Positions 39,040 through 53,374 of a stretch of DNA of 64,000 nt are shown piece by piece. The position numbers and the translations under genes were made by a program. The stretch comes from Octopus sinensis (lineage: Eukaryota). The DNA lies in NCBI RefSeq assembly GCF_006345805.1, contig NW_021833263.1, forward strand, positions 15,693-79,692, given 5' to 3'. How positions within the stretch are numbered: position 1 is the stretch's first letter; each line of letters opens with the position of its first letter. The notes under the pieces were generated by a model. That model was not told the origin of the DNA. It searched no databases and saw only the letters and a program-made list of their open reading frames with translations.

Positions 39040-39370
39040 TGTAGAAAAGTTTTGTGGGGCAAATGCATACGTTGTTTAAAGAATGCAATTGGCCCAGTGC
39101 AAGGACATTCCTTAATTTAAAAGACTCCAGACACAGGCATTGCTTAAGTTTTTAACATGTCTATTATGTGTTGCATGCAAAGGCTGACTGTGGCTAAAAA
39201 GACGAAGTGAGTAACGAGCTCCCTGAACACCTGATGCAAGAGGTGACCATCGTTGCCACGTCTGTGCAAAGGACTGCAGGTTCCTAGCAGGATTGTAAAT
39301 CCAAATCCATGCTGCTTTAAGAGAACAATCCAGCGATAGCATCACACGAATTCGACTGGCAGTCATCACT
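39040..39370 (-). mobile_element. Possible CR1/L2-like LINE 3' remnant
   Basis: Frameshifted NLQSFA(H)RR...RCS...ARYSLRLFSHS...NACVWSLL resembles CR1-group C-termini (LQSLxHRR...SFFxRxxxLWNxL). Confidence 0.35.
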
Positions 39371-39437
39371 AGCGTGTGCGTATTATGTATGCTTGCATCT
39401 ATATATGTATGCTTATATGATTGTATATATTCACATG

Positions 39438-40331
39438 CAGGGTGTCACAAAATTAAGGCAACCAACCTTTTTTTCATTTTTGCCAAAGCAAAACTGTTAT
39501 ATTTCGCGTCCGAGCGTTGCAATGCAATGGTAAAGGAAACACAGTCATGACACTACTACATTTATTCGATATGACCAAATCTCTTCCTAATCACAGCTTT
39601 AACTCTAGGTGCAAATGCTACACACGCGGCATGTAGCTGTTCTTGTGGAATCGAAGCTCATTCCTGGCTCTGTTTTTCCTTCAGAGCATCGAGCGAAGCA
39701 TAAAGAGTGTGCGAAACCTTACTTTCCAAATTAGAGCAAACAGAAAAATCTAACGGGTTGAGATCAGAGCTTCTTGAGGGCCATTACATCCTTGCTTATG
39801 AAGGACGGAATGTTTTTTCTGAACCCAGTGTTGTGCCTGTTTGGAGCTGTGGGATGGTACCGAGACCTGTTGCACGGTGTAAGGTGCGCCTTGAAAGTGC
39901 TCATTCACCCATGGAAGCAGTTCAGCTTCCAGAATGTCGCTAAAATATTCTTCATCACTCGATACATCGATGTTCAGACTATTTTTGCTGAGGTAGCCAG
40001 TTTTCACTGTATCTTTCCTCTGGTACTTTTGATAAGCTGAGGGGTCTGCACACTTCTTTTTCGGTCATGACTAGCTGGGACCAGTCTATTGAAACATCTT
40101 GACAATTTTCCAGACTGATGTTCGATTAATTTTAAACTCTTCTGCTACAGCTGTATTACTTTCGCCTCCTTTCTGGAGGGTTATCGTTGTATTTCGGTCA
40201 ATAGCTAGTCTAATTTATAAAACTATAAGACACTCTAAGCATTTGTAATGATGTATAATTTTCATCTTATCACATTTATTGATACTTATTAAAGCCTGAA
40301 TCTTCAGTTGCATTAATTTCGGGATACTCCG
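39438..40331 (-). mobile_element. Internally deleted maT/DD37D-type Tc1/mariner element, copy 1
   Basis: Degenerate TIRs CAGGGTGTCACAAAATTAAGGCAACC and CGGAGTATCCCGAAATTAATGCAACT (19/26), with TA at 40332. Motifs YFSDILEAELLPW...QQVSVPSH...SDLNPLDFS. Confidence 0.85.
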
Positions 40332-40396
40332 TATGTGTATATGTACACATGTACATATACATGTGAACGTATGTATTCATATATGATTATATATAT

Positions 40397-40789
40397 TCTT
40401 TTAATCTATTACTTGTTTCAGTCATTTGACTGCGGCCATGCTGGAGCACCGCCTTTAGTCGAACAAATCGATCAAAGAACTTATTCTTTGTAGGCTTAGT
40501 ACTTATTCTATCGGTCTCTTTTGCCAATCCGCTAAGGTTAGGAGGACGTAAACACTCCAACATTTGTTGCCAAGCGATGAGGGGGGGGGGCACATATACA
40601 TTCATACATATATATACATACACACACATTCACACGTATATATATACATATATGACGGGCTTCTTTCAATTTCCGTCTGCTAAATCCACTCACAAGGCTA
40701 TTTTCGGCTAGAGGCTACAGTAGATGACACTTGCCCGGAACAATGTGATTGGGAAGCAAACTTCTCACCACACGGCCACACCTACGCCT
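40397..40789 (-). mobile_element. CORE-type SINE family B, near full length
   Basis: tRNA-like head, GGGCAAGTGTCATCTAC core, internal (TA/TG)n and tail GGCGGTGCTCCAGCATGGCCGCAG. Confidence 0.88.
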
Positions 40790-40859
40790 ATAGTTAATAA
40801 ATATTAACCAGCAATTCTCTATTTCTTCTCTTAATTTATATATATGTTTATGTATTTAC

Positions 40860-40901
<42 letters not shown>

Positions 40902-41761
40902 GTGTGTGTGTGTGAGTATTAAATTAAGTTATGAGCAAGTTATCATCAGGGAAAAGCTGGACATTATAAAATTACATGTTGACCTATCTGTTCATTCCAA
41001 CTGTTTGTGGGAATGTATACCTAATATATGCCTACTGATTTAGTGAAATTTTATTTCTCAAAGACATAAGGTATTGAACTAGTGTTTTCTTGGGTATAAT
41101 CATCCCTTTAAGAAGTTAATATAGCCTCTAATTAACTTTTATACATGTATGTATGTATGTATGTATGTATGTATGTATGCATGCATGTATGTATATCTTA
41201 ATAATACTAAAACACTAGGGATGTTTGTTTATACCCGAATTGTCTCAGAAATAGTATATTTTGTCTTAATTTTTTTTTTTTTGCATATGCATTCTCGATG
41301 TCATATTCGTTGAAAGCAAACACAATAAACTGAAAAGAAAAAAAAACATAAAATAAAACTCCGTTGCTGGGAATCTCAGACTTCCCAGGTGACCCAACAA
41401 ATCACAGATAGTCTAGTATATATATATGTGTAATGTTTGTTTTCATTAATCAATTACAGGAGTCGCTCGAAATGGTCGTAATGAATTAAGACATTTATGT
41501 CTTCGTTACTCATTTATATTTTATTCACCTACCTTGGGATTTGCACTTCGGAATACTATGCAGAATACCTTTATATCATGTACATATCTGAACTACCAAG
41601 AGAGGATATCTTCACTCAGCGAGGTTGCATTCTCTGCACACACGGCAGGAATATTAGCTGCAAAAACTCATGTAATACGTTTGGACTGCGGATTATACCG
41701 ACCTAACAGGATCATAACTTAAGTACCTAATTCAACTGAATGTACATGCATATATATATGT

Positions 41762-41847
<86 letters not shown>

Positions 41848-42504
41848 GAGAGAGAGAGAGACAGAGAGAGAGAGAGAGACAGACAGACAAACAAATAGAT
41901 AGATACACATACATACACGTTCGTCCTTGAAATTAATGTCGATATCTTCCTTCAGTAAACTCCAGGGAATGTTTTTGGAAATCCTTCCTCAATATCTCAA
42001 CTCCATTGTATCAAGGGAATATGAATCAGAATTATTTCAAGAACACGCCCCACAAGTTTCAAACCCCGCATCAATATTTTAGCATATATCCCACAACAAC
42101 TCTCCTCGTGGTTATAAATGGCTACGTAGAATCCCTTACCATATACATTATGCCATATCGGAAGGTAATAACTTGATGACATTTTTCTACGACTATTATT
42201 GAATCAAGTTTCTAAACGAACAAAAAAATGATCAATATAAGAATTTTTATTGCAACATCAGTATAAATTCACATGAGAAATTTTTAGAAAAGTTCTACGT
42301 ATTTTATATTTTATCCACTTTTTCTGGCTGAAATTCCAGAATATGAATGTAACTGGCCATTTTATGCCTGGCAATGTGATAGATTCAATCAATAATTAGT
42401 ATTTATTGGGGCCTTTTCATTAATTTTTTATTCATTTCAGATAAAGTATTCGCATCAGATGCGCCCATGAATTCCACAGCATAATCGATGGGAGTACGTG
42501 CGTA

Positions 42505-42860
42505 TATATGCATGTATGTATGTATGTATGTATGTATGTATGTATGTATGTATGTATGTATGTATGTATGCATGTATGCATGTATGTATGTATGTATGTA
42601 TGTATGTATGTACGTATATATTATATATGCATGTATGTAGTATGTATGTATGATGTATGTATGTATGTATGTATGTAGTATGTATGTATGTATGTATGTA
42701 TGTATGCATGTATGCATGTATGTATGTATGTATGTATGTATGTATGTATGTAGTATGTATGTATGTATGCATGTATGTATGTATGTATAGGTATTTTTGT
42801 ATGTACGCATAGGTGATTTTGTGTGTATGAATGTGCATGTATGCATGTATGTATGTAATT
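42505..42860. repeat. Long (TATG)n array
   Basis: Direct reading. Confidence 0.93.
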
Positions 42861-43200
42861 ATATATGTATGCGTGTTTGTATGTATCTATTTATGTAGGT
42901 ATGTTTTTATGTATCTATGAGCGTAATAGATATCTATACAGCCTCCATTTATGTATGTATGTATGTAAGTATGTATGTATGTATATGCATACATTACACA
43001 TACATACACATATTTACATATTTATACATACATGCATATATATGTATAATATATATACCTGTACACCAGTAAAACAACAGCCATCTGTGAAGTACAAACT
43101 AGGCATGTGTGATTGTGAGTGTATATGTATATGTGTATATACGTATATGTATGTATGTGTGTGTCTTTGTGTGTCTGTGTGTCTGTGTATGTATGTATAT

Positions 43201-43245
<45 letters not shown>

Positions 43246-43247
<2 letters not shown>

Positions 43248-43536
43248 AGATAAATAAAAATATATGCATACATACAAACATATATGTACGTACCTACATC
43301 TACATGTATATATACATGCATATATAAATAATTATACGGAAGTACAGGACATCACAATAAGACGTAGAAACAGAAAAAGCCAAAAAACAAAAAACAAGAA
43401 AACGGAAAACGAAAACCAAATACAGGACAGGTTACACAAGGACAAAACCCCCGTCATCAGCTGTCGCTAGAGGAGTCAGGCATGTTTCGAAGGCATAACA
43501 GAACACTAATCCAATAGGCCTTCCTGCGAGAGAATT
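43246..43536 (-). mobile_element. Repeat family D, inverted copy
   Basis: Reverse complement of 22548-22858, e.g. AATTCTCTCGCAGGAAGGCCTATTGGATTAGTGTTCTG. Confidence 0.85.
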
Positions 43537-43983
43537 AAAATAAAATTTCAAGCAGCGGGGCACAATGAGTACGAACACAAACAAGACGTAACAATAAGAC
43601 TGCAAAATTAAAATACATGTACAAAAACAAACACAAGAGGACGAACGAAAAAGCCTTTTTTCTGGCATAGACAAGCAATAAAACTGCAAAAATATATATA
43701 TATATATATATATGCGCATGTATGTATATATATATACCTATACATAACTATATCTTTGTTTGTCAACTCTGTGACCAGGTCATTTACAAGCACTACTAAA
43801 ACATGTATGAATGCATAAATGTATGTTTGTATGTACGTATGTATGTATATATATATATATGTGTGTGTGTGTGTATATATATATATGTATGTATGCATGT
43901 ATGTATGCATGTATGTATGTATGTATGTATGTATGTATGTATGTATGTATGTATGTATGTATGTATGTATGTATGTGTATATG

Positions 43984-44300
43984 GGATCTAATCTTTTTCA
44001 TTCGCAAAATGAGCCCCATTTAATTTTGCTCAGATTGCTTTCCATTTTGGTGTATCGATGCAACTCTGAATTTTGATTACGACCAACCAATTACTTTATC
44101 TTGTAAGTTAAAGAATCTGATGTTATTTGGAATTAAAGTTGGAAAATTTGGGTAATTGTAGCCAATCAACAGACAGCGAGACATTAACAGTTTGTTACCA
44201 TGACAGCCACACGTTGTGTTGTGTTTCACCTGCTTGTTGTGTTGATTCTTCACGCTACGAGATTTACTTCACCCACGTGTTTTGTTTCAATAAAAATTTA
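43984..44300 (+). mobile_element. GGATCT-initiated transposon end (solo), copy 1
   Basis: Homologous to 55257-55600; starts GGATCTAATCTTTTTCATTCGCAAAATGAG; contains a CCAAT box (AGCCAATCA). Confidence 0.65.
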
Positions 44301-44949
44301 TATTTACCAAATAGAATTTTATTGTAGATATTTTTCGTCAACTGTCTTAATATTTTACATATTTTTCATATATAGCAAAAGTTGTTTGCGATGTTTATAC
44401 AGTTTCTTGGCAAAATGAAGGTGAATGGAATGTGTGAATCTAGTACTGACTGACAGAAGAGCAGTCCTCAAAAGTAATTGACACTAAACACATTGCTACC
44501 CGTTGGCACCCCAGCCCTACAGACATTTTAATATGGTCCCTCGAAATGCCTTCATGCAGCAGTGCTCTCTCTGTCTAATAGCTAAACCTGATTGTTGGTC
44601 ACTAAAGAATATCTCGTAGACCTTTTGTCTCTACGTGATATACTTTAAGGACTTAACTTTCTCTACACTTGAAGACTAGTTATCTAGTAGTCCTTCTCTG
44701 AGCTAACCTTCTATTGTACCGTTCATAGTATGACGTGTACTGCGACAATACAATCCTGCCAGCTTTGTAGTTTTCTCGCCATTGATCTACATGGAACATG
44801 TAGAATAGATAAATGTTGTCCCGATTTTCCGTTCTCCACATGACTGCATCCTTTGTTGCTGTTGCTCCTTAAGAATAAGTGTTGTGTTTAAATCCCCATT
44901 ACTGGGCAGATTATATATTATATCTTGAAAACTTTTAATTTCGTTAGCC

Positions 44950-45340
44950 CATTGGTTGTAACCAGTGTTTAGATATGTCTTTTGTCAACTCACGCTTGAT
45001 TGTAGTCTGTACTTGATTAAAATGTGAAGTCATTTACATAATTACAATAATCTATTTCATTTTGGGAAGCTGTGTCACCAGCGGAAGAAATCAAATCAAC
45101 ATTTACTATATGAGCGTATCTTTCAAATTAAAATTAAAATAGTTGAGTCAAAACACTCCGTTTAAAACCACTCTCATACGGTTGTGTGGGATGAAGTTTG
45201 AGGTGTGGTCTAGTAGGATAGCTTGTCTTATATCCCGGGTATATGCTGGACTTGTCCAGTTTATACCTTTGAGTACAAAACAGAATTGGTCACCTGGTGG
45301 TATAATTTACGATATTGCATTGGTCACTAAGGAAGTAACA
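44950..45340 (-). mobile_element. Possible CR1/Jockey-like RT remnant
   Basis: LLDHTSNFIPHNRMRVVLNGV resembles LLxWISxFLxNRxxRVVLNG. A degenerate FADDT codon run (TTCCGCTGGTGACACA) lies downstream. Confidence 0.4.
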
Positions 45341-45634
45341 AGGATCTTTTGTTAAAGTCAAAATAGCTTTTAGTGTTTGTATTATCTGAATTGGTTGCGG
45401 TGTGTGGGTATGTGTGTGTGCGCGCGCACGCACGAGTGTTTTTCTTGTATATATGTATGTGTGTAATGGGTGAGCATGACTTCTTTACTACATGTGTTTG
45501 TAAGTATATGAATGTGAGCGTGAGTTTAACCCAGGAACCTCTAATGGAGAATGCCAGGAATGTACGGAATGTACGTATTTATGACTGTGCATGGTGTGTC
45601 TCAGTACTACTCTGTATGTGTGTGTATGTATGTG

Positions 45635-45678
<44 letters not shown>

Positions 45679-45989
45679 TGCAGACGGAAGTTAGTTGTAA
45701 TCTGTAAATCACAGACCTATGTTTGGTCAGGTTTGGCACTACAGGTAGCTGAGTTTTAAATGTCATTCAGGTCAGTTTCAGACTTCCATTCCGCACTTGT
45801 ACTTTTCACACCAACCAGTCGCTGCTAATAACAATTTTCCTCATCTATCTGTCTAATTATCTATCTATACACCTGCTTCTGTGTATCTATCTTTCTTTTT
45901 CAAACTATTTTATCTCTCTTCTCTCTCTCTCTCTCCGCTTTCTCTGTCTCTCTCTTCTCTCTCTCCCCTTTCTCTCTGTCTCTCTCTCT

Positions 45990-46030
<41 letters not shown>

Positions 46031-46042
46031 AATAAAATAGAA

Positions 46043-46268
46043 CATATGCATATATATAAACATATATGTACGTACCTACCTCTACATGTACATATACACG
46101 CATATATGTGTACAGGACACCAAAAAGACGTCGAACACATAGAGAGACGAAAAACATAGACACAAACCAAGGAACAAGACAAGCAAAAAAAGAGATACAG
46201 GACAATAAGCACAACGAAAAATCCCCTTCTTCAGTCGCTAAGGTTTCATCTACTAAACGTTTCGAAGG
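46043..46268 (-). mobile_element. Divergent member of repeat family D
   Basis: Shares GTAGGTACGTACATATATG and TAGCGA-CTGAAGAAGGGGATTTT; CCTTCGAAACGTT at the 5' end. Confidence 0.65.
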
Positions 46269-46300
<32 letters not shown>

Positions 46301-46769
46301 ATGTATGCATGTATGTGTGTATATATATATATTCACTCATACACACATACACACTCTCACACACACACACACACTCACACGCACACACACACACACACGC
46401 ACGCACGCACATCATACACAGAAACACACACACACACACATATAAAGATATAGAGGAGTGAATATGTGCAATTGCTTGAGTGTGTTTTTCAGAATAAAGC
46501 TTCTCCTTTCATGAGACTCAAGTTCGTGTTTAGATTTTGATGTTCCTGATTGGCACGTGTCTCAAATTGGTATAAATGCGCGTGCGCTAACTTTAAGTGT
46601 CTGTGACTCTATGTGCGTCTGTGTATGTATGGGGCTGTGTGCGTGCGAGTGTGTACGCGTGTTAGTGTGTGTGTGGGTAATTGTGTGTACATGTGCACAG
46701 CACTGTATATGTTCGTGTGTGGTATTCTGGGACATTTTATGTGCGTGTATGTTCTGTGTACATATGGGA

Positions 46770-46884
46770 ATGTATGCATGTATACACACACATATATAAA
46801 CATATATGTATACATACTTATACATGTGTTTATGTATATGTATACATATATATGTATGTATTTATATATATATATATAATATAT

Positions 46885-46930
<46 letters not shown>

Positions 46931-47013
46931 AATATATATATATATACACACACAGATATCCATCTGTATGCTTTGTGCATCACACGAATATAAACACACT
47001 CATTCAGGCACGC

Positions 47014-47093
<80 letters not shown>

Positions 47094-47258
47094 GTATGTG
47101 TATGTATATATGTATGTATGCATATATGTATATATATATATGTATGTATCTATGTACACATTTATTTACGCTTATATGCATATATATTAATATATATAGA
47201 TGTAGATGTGAACACATTGAGTGAAAGCATGTGAAGTAGTCAGATATATACGTGTGTG

Positions 47259-47340
<82 letters not shown>

Positions 47341-47690
47341 TATATATGTATATATATGCGTATATATGTAAGTACATATGTATGCACACACGCGCGCGAT
47401 ATAGCACACACACGCAACACGCACACATACACCAACCACTTCCCATCGTTGTACAATTGCCGTGTTCACTAGTCACGTCTCCATCGTTGATAGTACCAAA
47501 GGCCTCAAGTAGAACCGTGCCACAATAGCACGATCGAACCCTCCCGACCTTCTATACACAGCCGGCTTCTACACCAGCACGAACCGAATAAAACGGAAAA
47601 CTATTCGTCACTCCTCTCACGATGTATACGCACTTCATTATATACCACACACACGCTCATCGTGTGCGTGTGTATGTGTACATACATACA

Positions 47691-47744
<54 letters not shown>

Positions 47745-47759
47745 TACATACATACATAC

Positions 47760-47794
<35 letters not shown>

Positions 47795-48251
47795 CATACA
47801 TATACACAGTTGTACCTATACATGCACAATCTGCTTCTGCATGTATGTACATATATCTGTATATACATGTTTATATGCACATCTATATATAGAATATATT
47901 TATATATCCTCATATATATATACACGTATCCTTCAATGATTTTTATGCGACTAAGTGTGCTGGTTTCCAATAATACACACAGGTAAGTATGCGTGTGTGC
48001 GTATGTATGTGTGTGCATGCATGTGTGCGTGACAGTCAAAGCACATATAGCAACAATATGACATATTCACATTATGTTGCACCAGACATATAGTAATAAG
48101 CACATACATACACATACACGTCACGAACACGCCTACACCCACACAGCTACACATGCACACAAACACACATAGCAACAGTTACACATGCGCAAGTCCATAG
48201 ACACACACACACACACGCACGCACATATATATAAGCGTATGTATATGTGTT

Positions 48252-48292
<41 letters not shown>

Positions 48293-48949
48293 TTAGATAT
48301 ATATATATGTATATGTATGTACGTATATAGGTATGTACGTGTATATATGTATGCATGTAAGTATATGTGGATAGATAGATAGATAGATAGACATACACAC
48401 ACATACACAGACACACATGCACACGAACACACAAACGCGTACGTATAAACATATTATTACTCAATGACATATATTGAGAATCACATTTTAACACACATAT
48501 ACAGAAATTCACTCAAGCACATTGGCCAAACAAACTGTGACATATAGGCATGCACACATACATTCATACATACTGTACTCATACATACACAAATGTACGT
48601 ACTCATGCACACATGCATATACATAAAAACGTGAGAAACACACGCAATGAGTACATACAAATGTCGCCGTACACACACACATAGACACACACACACAGAA
48701 ACACACACACACGCAAATACACACGCAGAGACACACATTCACATACATATGCACATACATAAAACGTGTCTGAAACCCATCCGTTCGCACTATGTCTCCT
48801 CAAAGGAACATTAACTCTAACATGTCTCATGTTTAAAAATGGAAGTATTAGCGGAAGACGTCTGTCTGCCTGTCTGTCTGTCTTCCATGTAGTTGCAGAG
48901 TTTTATGTGTGTGTATGTGCATGTGTGTGTGTGCGCGCGCGTGTGTATT

Positions 48950-49001
<52 letters not shown>

Positions 49002-49157
49002 ATCAGAAATATATGTATGCATATGCATCTATGTAAGCGTGTATGTATGTAGACGATGTTGTGTTACATATGTGACTCATTGGCGGAGAGTCACGTGCAT
49101 TGCATTTATCACATACAGACACACACATACACACATATACACACATGCAAATACATT

Positions 49158-49199
<42 letters not shown>

Positions 49200-49515
49200 T
49201 ATGGTATTTATATATACGTATGTATGTGTGCGTAAGTGTGTAATGCATACACATGCATCCATATACCCATATATATATATATATATACATGCACGTACAC
49301 ATGTATATACATACATGCGTATAAATTTCTACGAGTACATTTGTAGAAGTATATGTGGGTATAAATGTTTATAAGCACATTGCACATGTTTACACTAAGA
49401 GCGTTAAGTCGATTGAGTTATATGCAACTGGGCAATAGCAGATTATTTTACAGCATAACAGCAAGAAATAGACAAGCGCGTTGTTATAGGTTTTAGTGGT
49501 AGATCTATCTACCAT

Positions 49516-49566
<51 letters not shown>

Positions 49567-49580
49567 TATAGATAGATAGA
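46770..49580. repeat. Extended (TA)/(CA)/(TATG)/(GATA) microsatellite mosaic with short unique islands
   Basis: Direct reading. Confidence 0.85.
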
Positions 49581-49683
49581 TAGATAGATAGATAGACAGA
49601 GAGAGAGACAGATAGACAGACAAAGAACGAGAGAGAGGGAGAGAGGGGCAGCAGACAAATTGACAAACGGAGAGACAGATATA

Positions 49684-50079
49684 TCTTTATATATAAAAGT
49701 CAAGTTGTGTGTCTGTCTCCTACGATTTAGATTCCTAACTACTCCCACATTTTGCGGTGCAGTTTAACCAAAACCGGGTATCTTATAGTCGTGATTCATA
49801 TCGAGCCCTTCTGGGTATTAGCGCGCGTCTACAATGAGTCTACGATTTAAAAAAAAATTACCATCATTTTTTTCCATTTTAATGCATTTTTTCGCTATTA
49901 TATAAGGGAAGTAACTCTCTAAAAATGTCTACGATGAGTCAACGATTTTTAAAAAAAATTACCATCATTTTTTTCCATTTTTAATGCATTTTTTCGCTAT
50001 CTTTTGGCTATAACTCTCTAAAAATGCTTATATAGTTATTTCCCTTACAAACCCGAGCAAGGCCGGGCGATACTGCTAG
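49684..50079 (+). mobile_element. Non-autonomous Helitron 1
   Basis: A|TC 5' end and CTAG|T 3' end, subterminal hairpin CCCG-AGCAAGGC-CGGG (50052-50067), no TSD, internal ~95-bp direct repeat. Confidence 0.88.
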
Positions 50080-50098
50080 TCTATATATATAATTTATC

Positions 50099-50231
50099 GG
50101 CCTTTCATCCTTTCGGGGTCGATAAATTAAGTACCAGTTACGCACTGGGGTCGATGCAATCGACTTAATACCTATGTCTGTCCTTGTTTGTCCCCTCTAT
50201 GTTTAGCCCCTTGCGGGTAATAAAGAAATAG
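50099..50231 (+). mobile_element. SINE family A 3' half
   Basis: CCTTTCATCCTTTCGGGGTCGATAAATTAAGTACCAG...TAAAGAAATAG. Confidence 0.9.
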
Positions 50232-50236
50232 ATATA

Positions 50237-50626
50237 TCTATATATATAAAGCTGAAGTTGTCTGTGTGTGGCAGGTTTGGTAGCCTTCAACTAACACAAT
50301 CTCCTCCGAGACCCTGCGATGCAAGTTGACCAAAATTGAGAGTATAATAGAAGAAATCTTGCTCTTCATTCCGTAGAAGATAAAATTCAAATCGGACCAT
50401 GTTAAGAGCAAAAATTATTTACATAAAAAAAGTGCTTTTTTTTCTATGAAAATCCCTATTTTTTACGATCTTTTGACTGCTGTGTCGCCATTTTTCGGTG
50501 TATTTCAACCAGAAAATTGTTCACTTAAAAGAATAACAAGCTACATAATGCAAAATATTTACTTTTCAAAAATTCCAATTCTAAAGGGTCGAAAGAAACC
50601 CGAGCAACGCCGGGGGATACTGCTAG
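50237..50626 (+). mobile_element. Non-autonomous Helitron 2 (different interior, same 3' end)
   Basis: A|TCTATATATATAAA 5' end; CCCGAGCAACGCCGGGGGATACTGCTAG|T 3' end. Confidence 0.88.
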
Positions 50627-50630
50627 TATG

Positions 50631-50721
50631 AAAATAAAATAAAAACAAACGAACTTTTCTCCTTGGTATGAAAATGATTTTCGTACCAAGGAGAAAAGTT
50701 CGTTTGTTTTTATTTTATTTT
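50631..50721. repeat. 91-bp near-perfect palindrome
   Basis: 45-bp arms with one mismatch (a G-U pair in RNA) and a 1-nt loop at 50676. Confidence 0.95.
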
Positions 50722-50950
50722 TATTTTAAAAACAACGCCCATTCAACACGTTGGAGTTCGGCTTTAACTGCTCTTTCTCTCTCTCTTTGTCTTTATATAT
50801 ATATATAAGTTCAGCAAAATTTTCATATATGTGTGTGTGTGTGTGTGTGCATACATAATTTGCCGTTATCGGTCCAGCGACGAATTTGAAAGCGTGTTTA
50901 GATGTGGATGAAGATGCTTCTTCTACCTATCTTAATTATATATATATATA

Positions 50951-51215
50951 GACAGCTGATGATTGGGGATTTTCCTTGTGTAGCTTGTCCTGTAGCTTGT
51001 TTTTCTGTTGTAAATAATGTTTTCCCCGTTTTCGTTCTCGTCCTGTTCCATGTCTCTGTCTTTCTGTTGTAAAAAAATGGCTTTTCCGTTTTCGTTTCTG
51101 TTGAGTTCTACGTCTTTTTGTGGTGTCCTGTACTTACGTATATATATTTATATATGCATGTATATATACATGTAGATGTAGGTACGTACATATATGTTTG
51201 TATGTATGCATATAT
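50951..51215 (+). mobile_element. 5'-truncated member of repeat family D
   Basis: GACAGCTGATGATTGGGGATTTTCCTTGTGTAGC...GTAGATGTAGGTACGTACATATATG. Confidence 0.7.
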
Positions 51216-51229
51216 TTAATTTATTACAC

Positions 51230-51300
<71 letters not shown>

Positions 51301-51329
51301 TACATACGTATATATGTAGATAGCTATGC

Positions 51330-51775
51330 ATATATGGTTACAGAAGTCGCAAAACGTAAACAAACATGAAATACGAAAATAACGTTGGGTACGCAAAAAA
51401 GCGAGAAAAACTAATGGAAAACAAAACCAGTAACATAAAAAAGCCACCCTTCATCTGTTGTCGGCTGTCTTTCTACACCTTATTTCGAGCAGTCAAACGA
51501 CAAGATAAAACTTTGTAGGCAGTTGCTTCTGCGAATCGAAATAAAAGAAATTGGAATTTGCGGAGGGCCAAAGTTGGTAACAAAAACAGGACATACAACA
51601 AACGAAACGAAACGAATAGAAACAGTGGGGGGGGGGGGATTCGTTAGGCTTAGACGAGGTAAAGTGGCGAACGCTTGCAAAAGATTCTTTGATAAGAGAA
51701 AAGAGAGGAGACAGATACGAATGCGTCTGAACTGCGCAACAGAGAGGAGGAAAATAATGATGATCACGTGAGGAA
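51330..51775 (-). mobile_element. Unclassified interspersed-repeat-like insert between microsatellites
   Basis: Complex sequence between (TA)n and (GACA)n. The minus strand has GCTCGAAAT...CAGATGAAGGG, an arrangement similar to family D. Confidence 0.35.
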
Positions 51776-51876
51776 AGGAAGGAGAGACAGACAGACAGAG
51801 ATAGAGAAAGGAGGTGATAGACAGACTGACAGAGAGATAGATAGACAGACAGATAGATAAGTAGGTAGATAGACAA

Positions 51877-52002
<126 letters not shown>

Positions 52003-52073
52003 TGACAGAGAGATAGATAGACAGACAGATAGATAAGTAGGTAGATAGACAAACAGACAGACAGACAGATAGG

Positions 52074-52150
<77 letters not shown>

Positions 52151-52152
<2 letters not shown>

Positions 52153-53136
52153 GTTTCTTTATTGGCCACACAGGGCTGCACACAGATGGGACAAGTTACA
52201 AGGTAGAGCTTTTCTTTTGGGGGATGAAGAGAACAAAAAACAAAAGAAAAAAAGGGGGTGGCGTAGGTTTTCGATCAAGAGGGATCGTAAAAGTGAAGAA
52301 AAGAACAAAAACAAAAAAAAAATTGAATAAAATAAAAAGATAAAAAGAAAAGGAAAAGGAACAAAAGGAAGGGAAATGAAAAGAGAAGAAAAAGGGAAAA
52401 AAGGGGAAGAGGAAAAAAAAGAACGATCAATAGGGATCGTGTATCACAGTGTTATGATATATGGTGTAAAGGGGAAAGCAAGTAAGGTTTATCCGTGGGA
52501 AGAAAAGCCTACGAAAAAGACCACGTAACTTGGTCAATATTGTTATATGTTACCACATTTGTTTGCAAGTGGGTAACCCTCTGTTTTCAATTTCTGGGTT
52601 CATAGGATTATGCTCAAGGTGGCTTCGTCATTCATACGTGCCATCCTTGCTACATTCACCCATCTTTTTTTAAAACATTCGCTAGACAAAACTTGCCTCT
52701 CTACTCTCACTTTCCTTTTCAAGTGGTACTTGAAGAAGTTGATGAGAGATTGACTAGAGAGGAAAGTGTTTGTCTCCAATCCTTTCAGACGCGTCCACCA
52801 GATATATTCTTTCGCCATAGCCACAAGGATGATGAAAATAGCTCTTCCTTCCCGTTTGAAGGAAGGAGGCGTGACAATATTTACGATAGACTCAGCTGAT
52901 AAACCGACTCGTCCCACACGTGGCAGCAGTTGTTCGACATAAGCCCACAGGTCAGAAATTGTTGGACACTGCACGAGTTGCAGAACGGTTTCGTCGCTCT
53001 GACCGCATCTCGGGCAGGTCGGCCCCGTGTTTCTCGAGCCGTGTCTGTAGAGCTTGTCCCGAACGGGTAGCGCTTCTCGGTAGCACTGCCAGGCCAGGGT
53101 CTCTGGAAGTTGTCCATGGGCCCTGGCCCGAAAGTC
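52151..53136 (-). mobile_element. 5'-truncated Tx1/L1-clade LINE, copy 2, flanked by (GATA)n on both sides
   Basis: TCPRCGQSDETVL-QLVQC, ORF 52600..52974, and AATAAA just before the (TATC)n. 49/62 aa identical to copy 1 over the compared stretch. Confidence 0.9.
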
Positions 53137-53222
<86 letters not shown>

Positions 53223-53374
53223 GGAAAACAGACAGATAGAATGGTAAAAGAGAATCCTACATTTATAAATTTAATCAACAAATAATTCAAGAATTTGAGT
53301 TTGTTTCTGTTTTATATATTAATATAAAAACGAAGGTTTTCGAGATTAAAAAAAGATCTCTTCATTAATGGCGT

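Noticed and set aside
41533-41592. Minus-strand 60-nt exon FRYVHDIKVFCIVFRSANPK|GTAGGT
   Set aside because: Good donor but mediocre acceptor; no homology or linkable neighbouring exon.
41940-42200. Tc1/mariner catalytic fragment (LFQEHAPQ)
   Set aside because: Too degenerate; no SPDL motif or TIR.
44600-44850. RTE-like C-terminal remnant on the minus strand
   Set aside because: Only a loose pattern across many stops.
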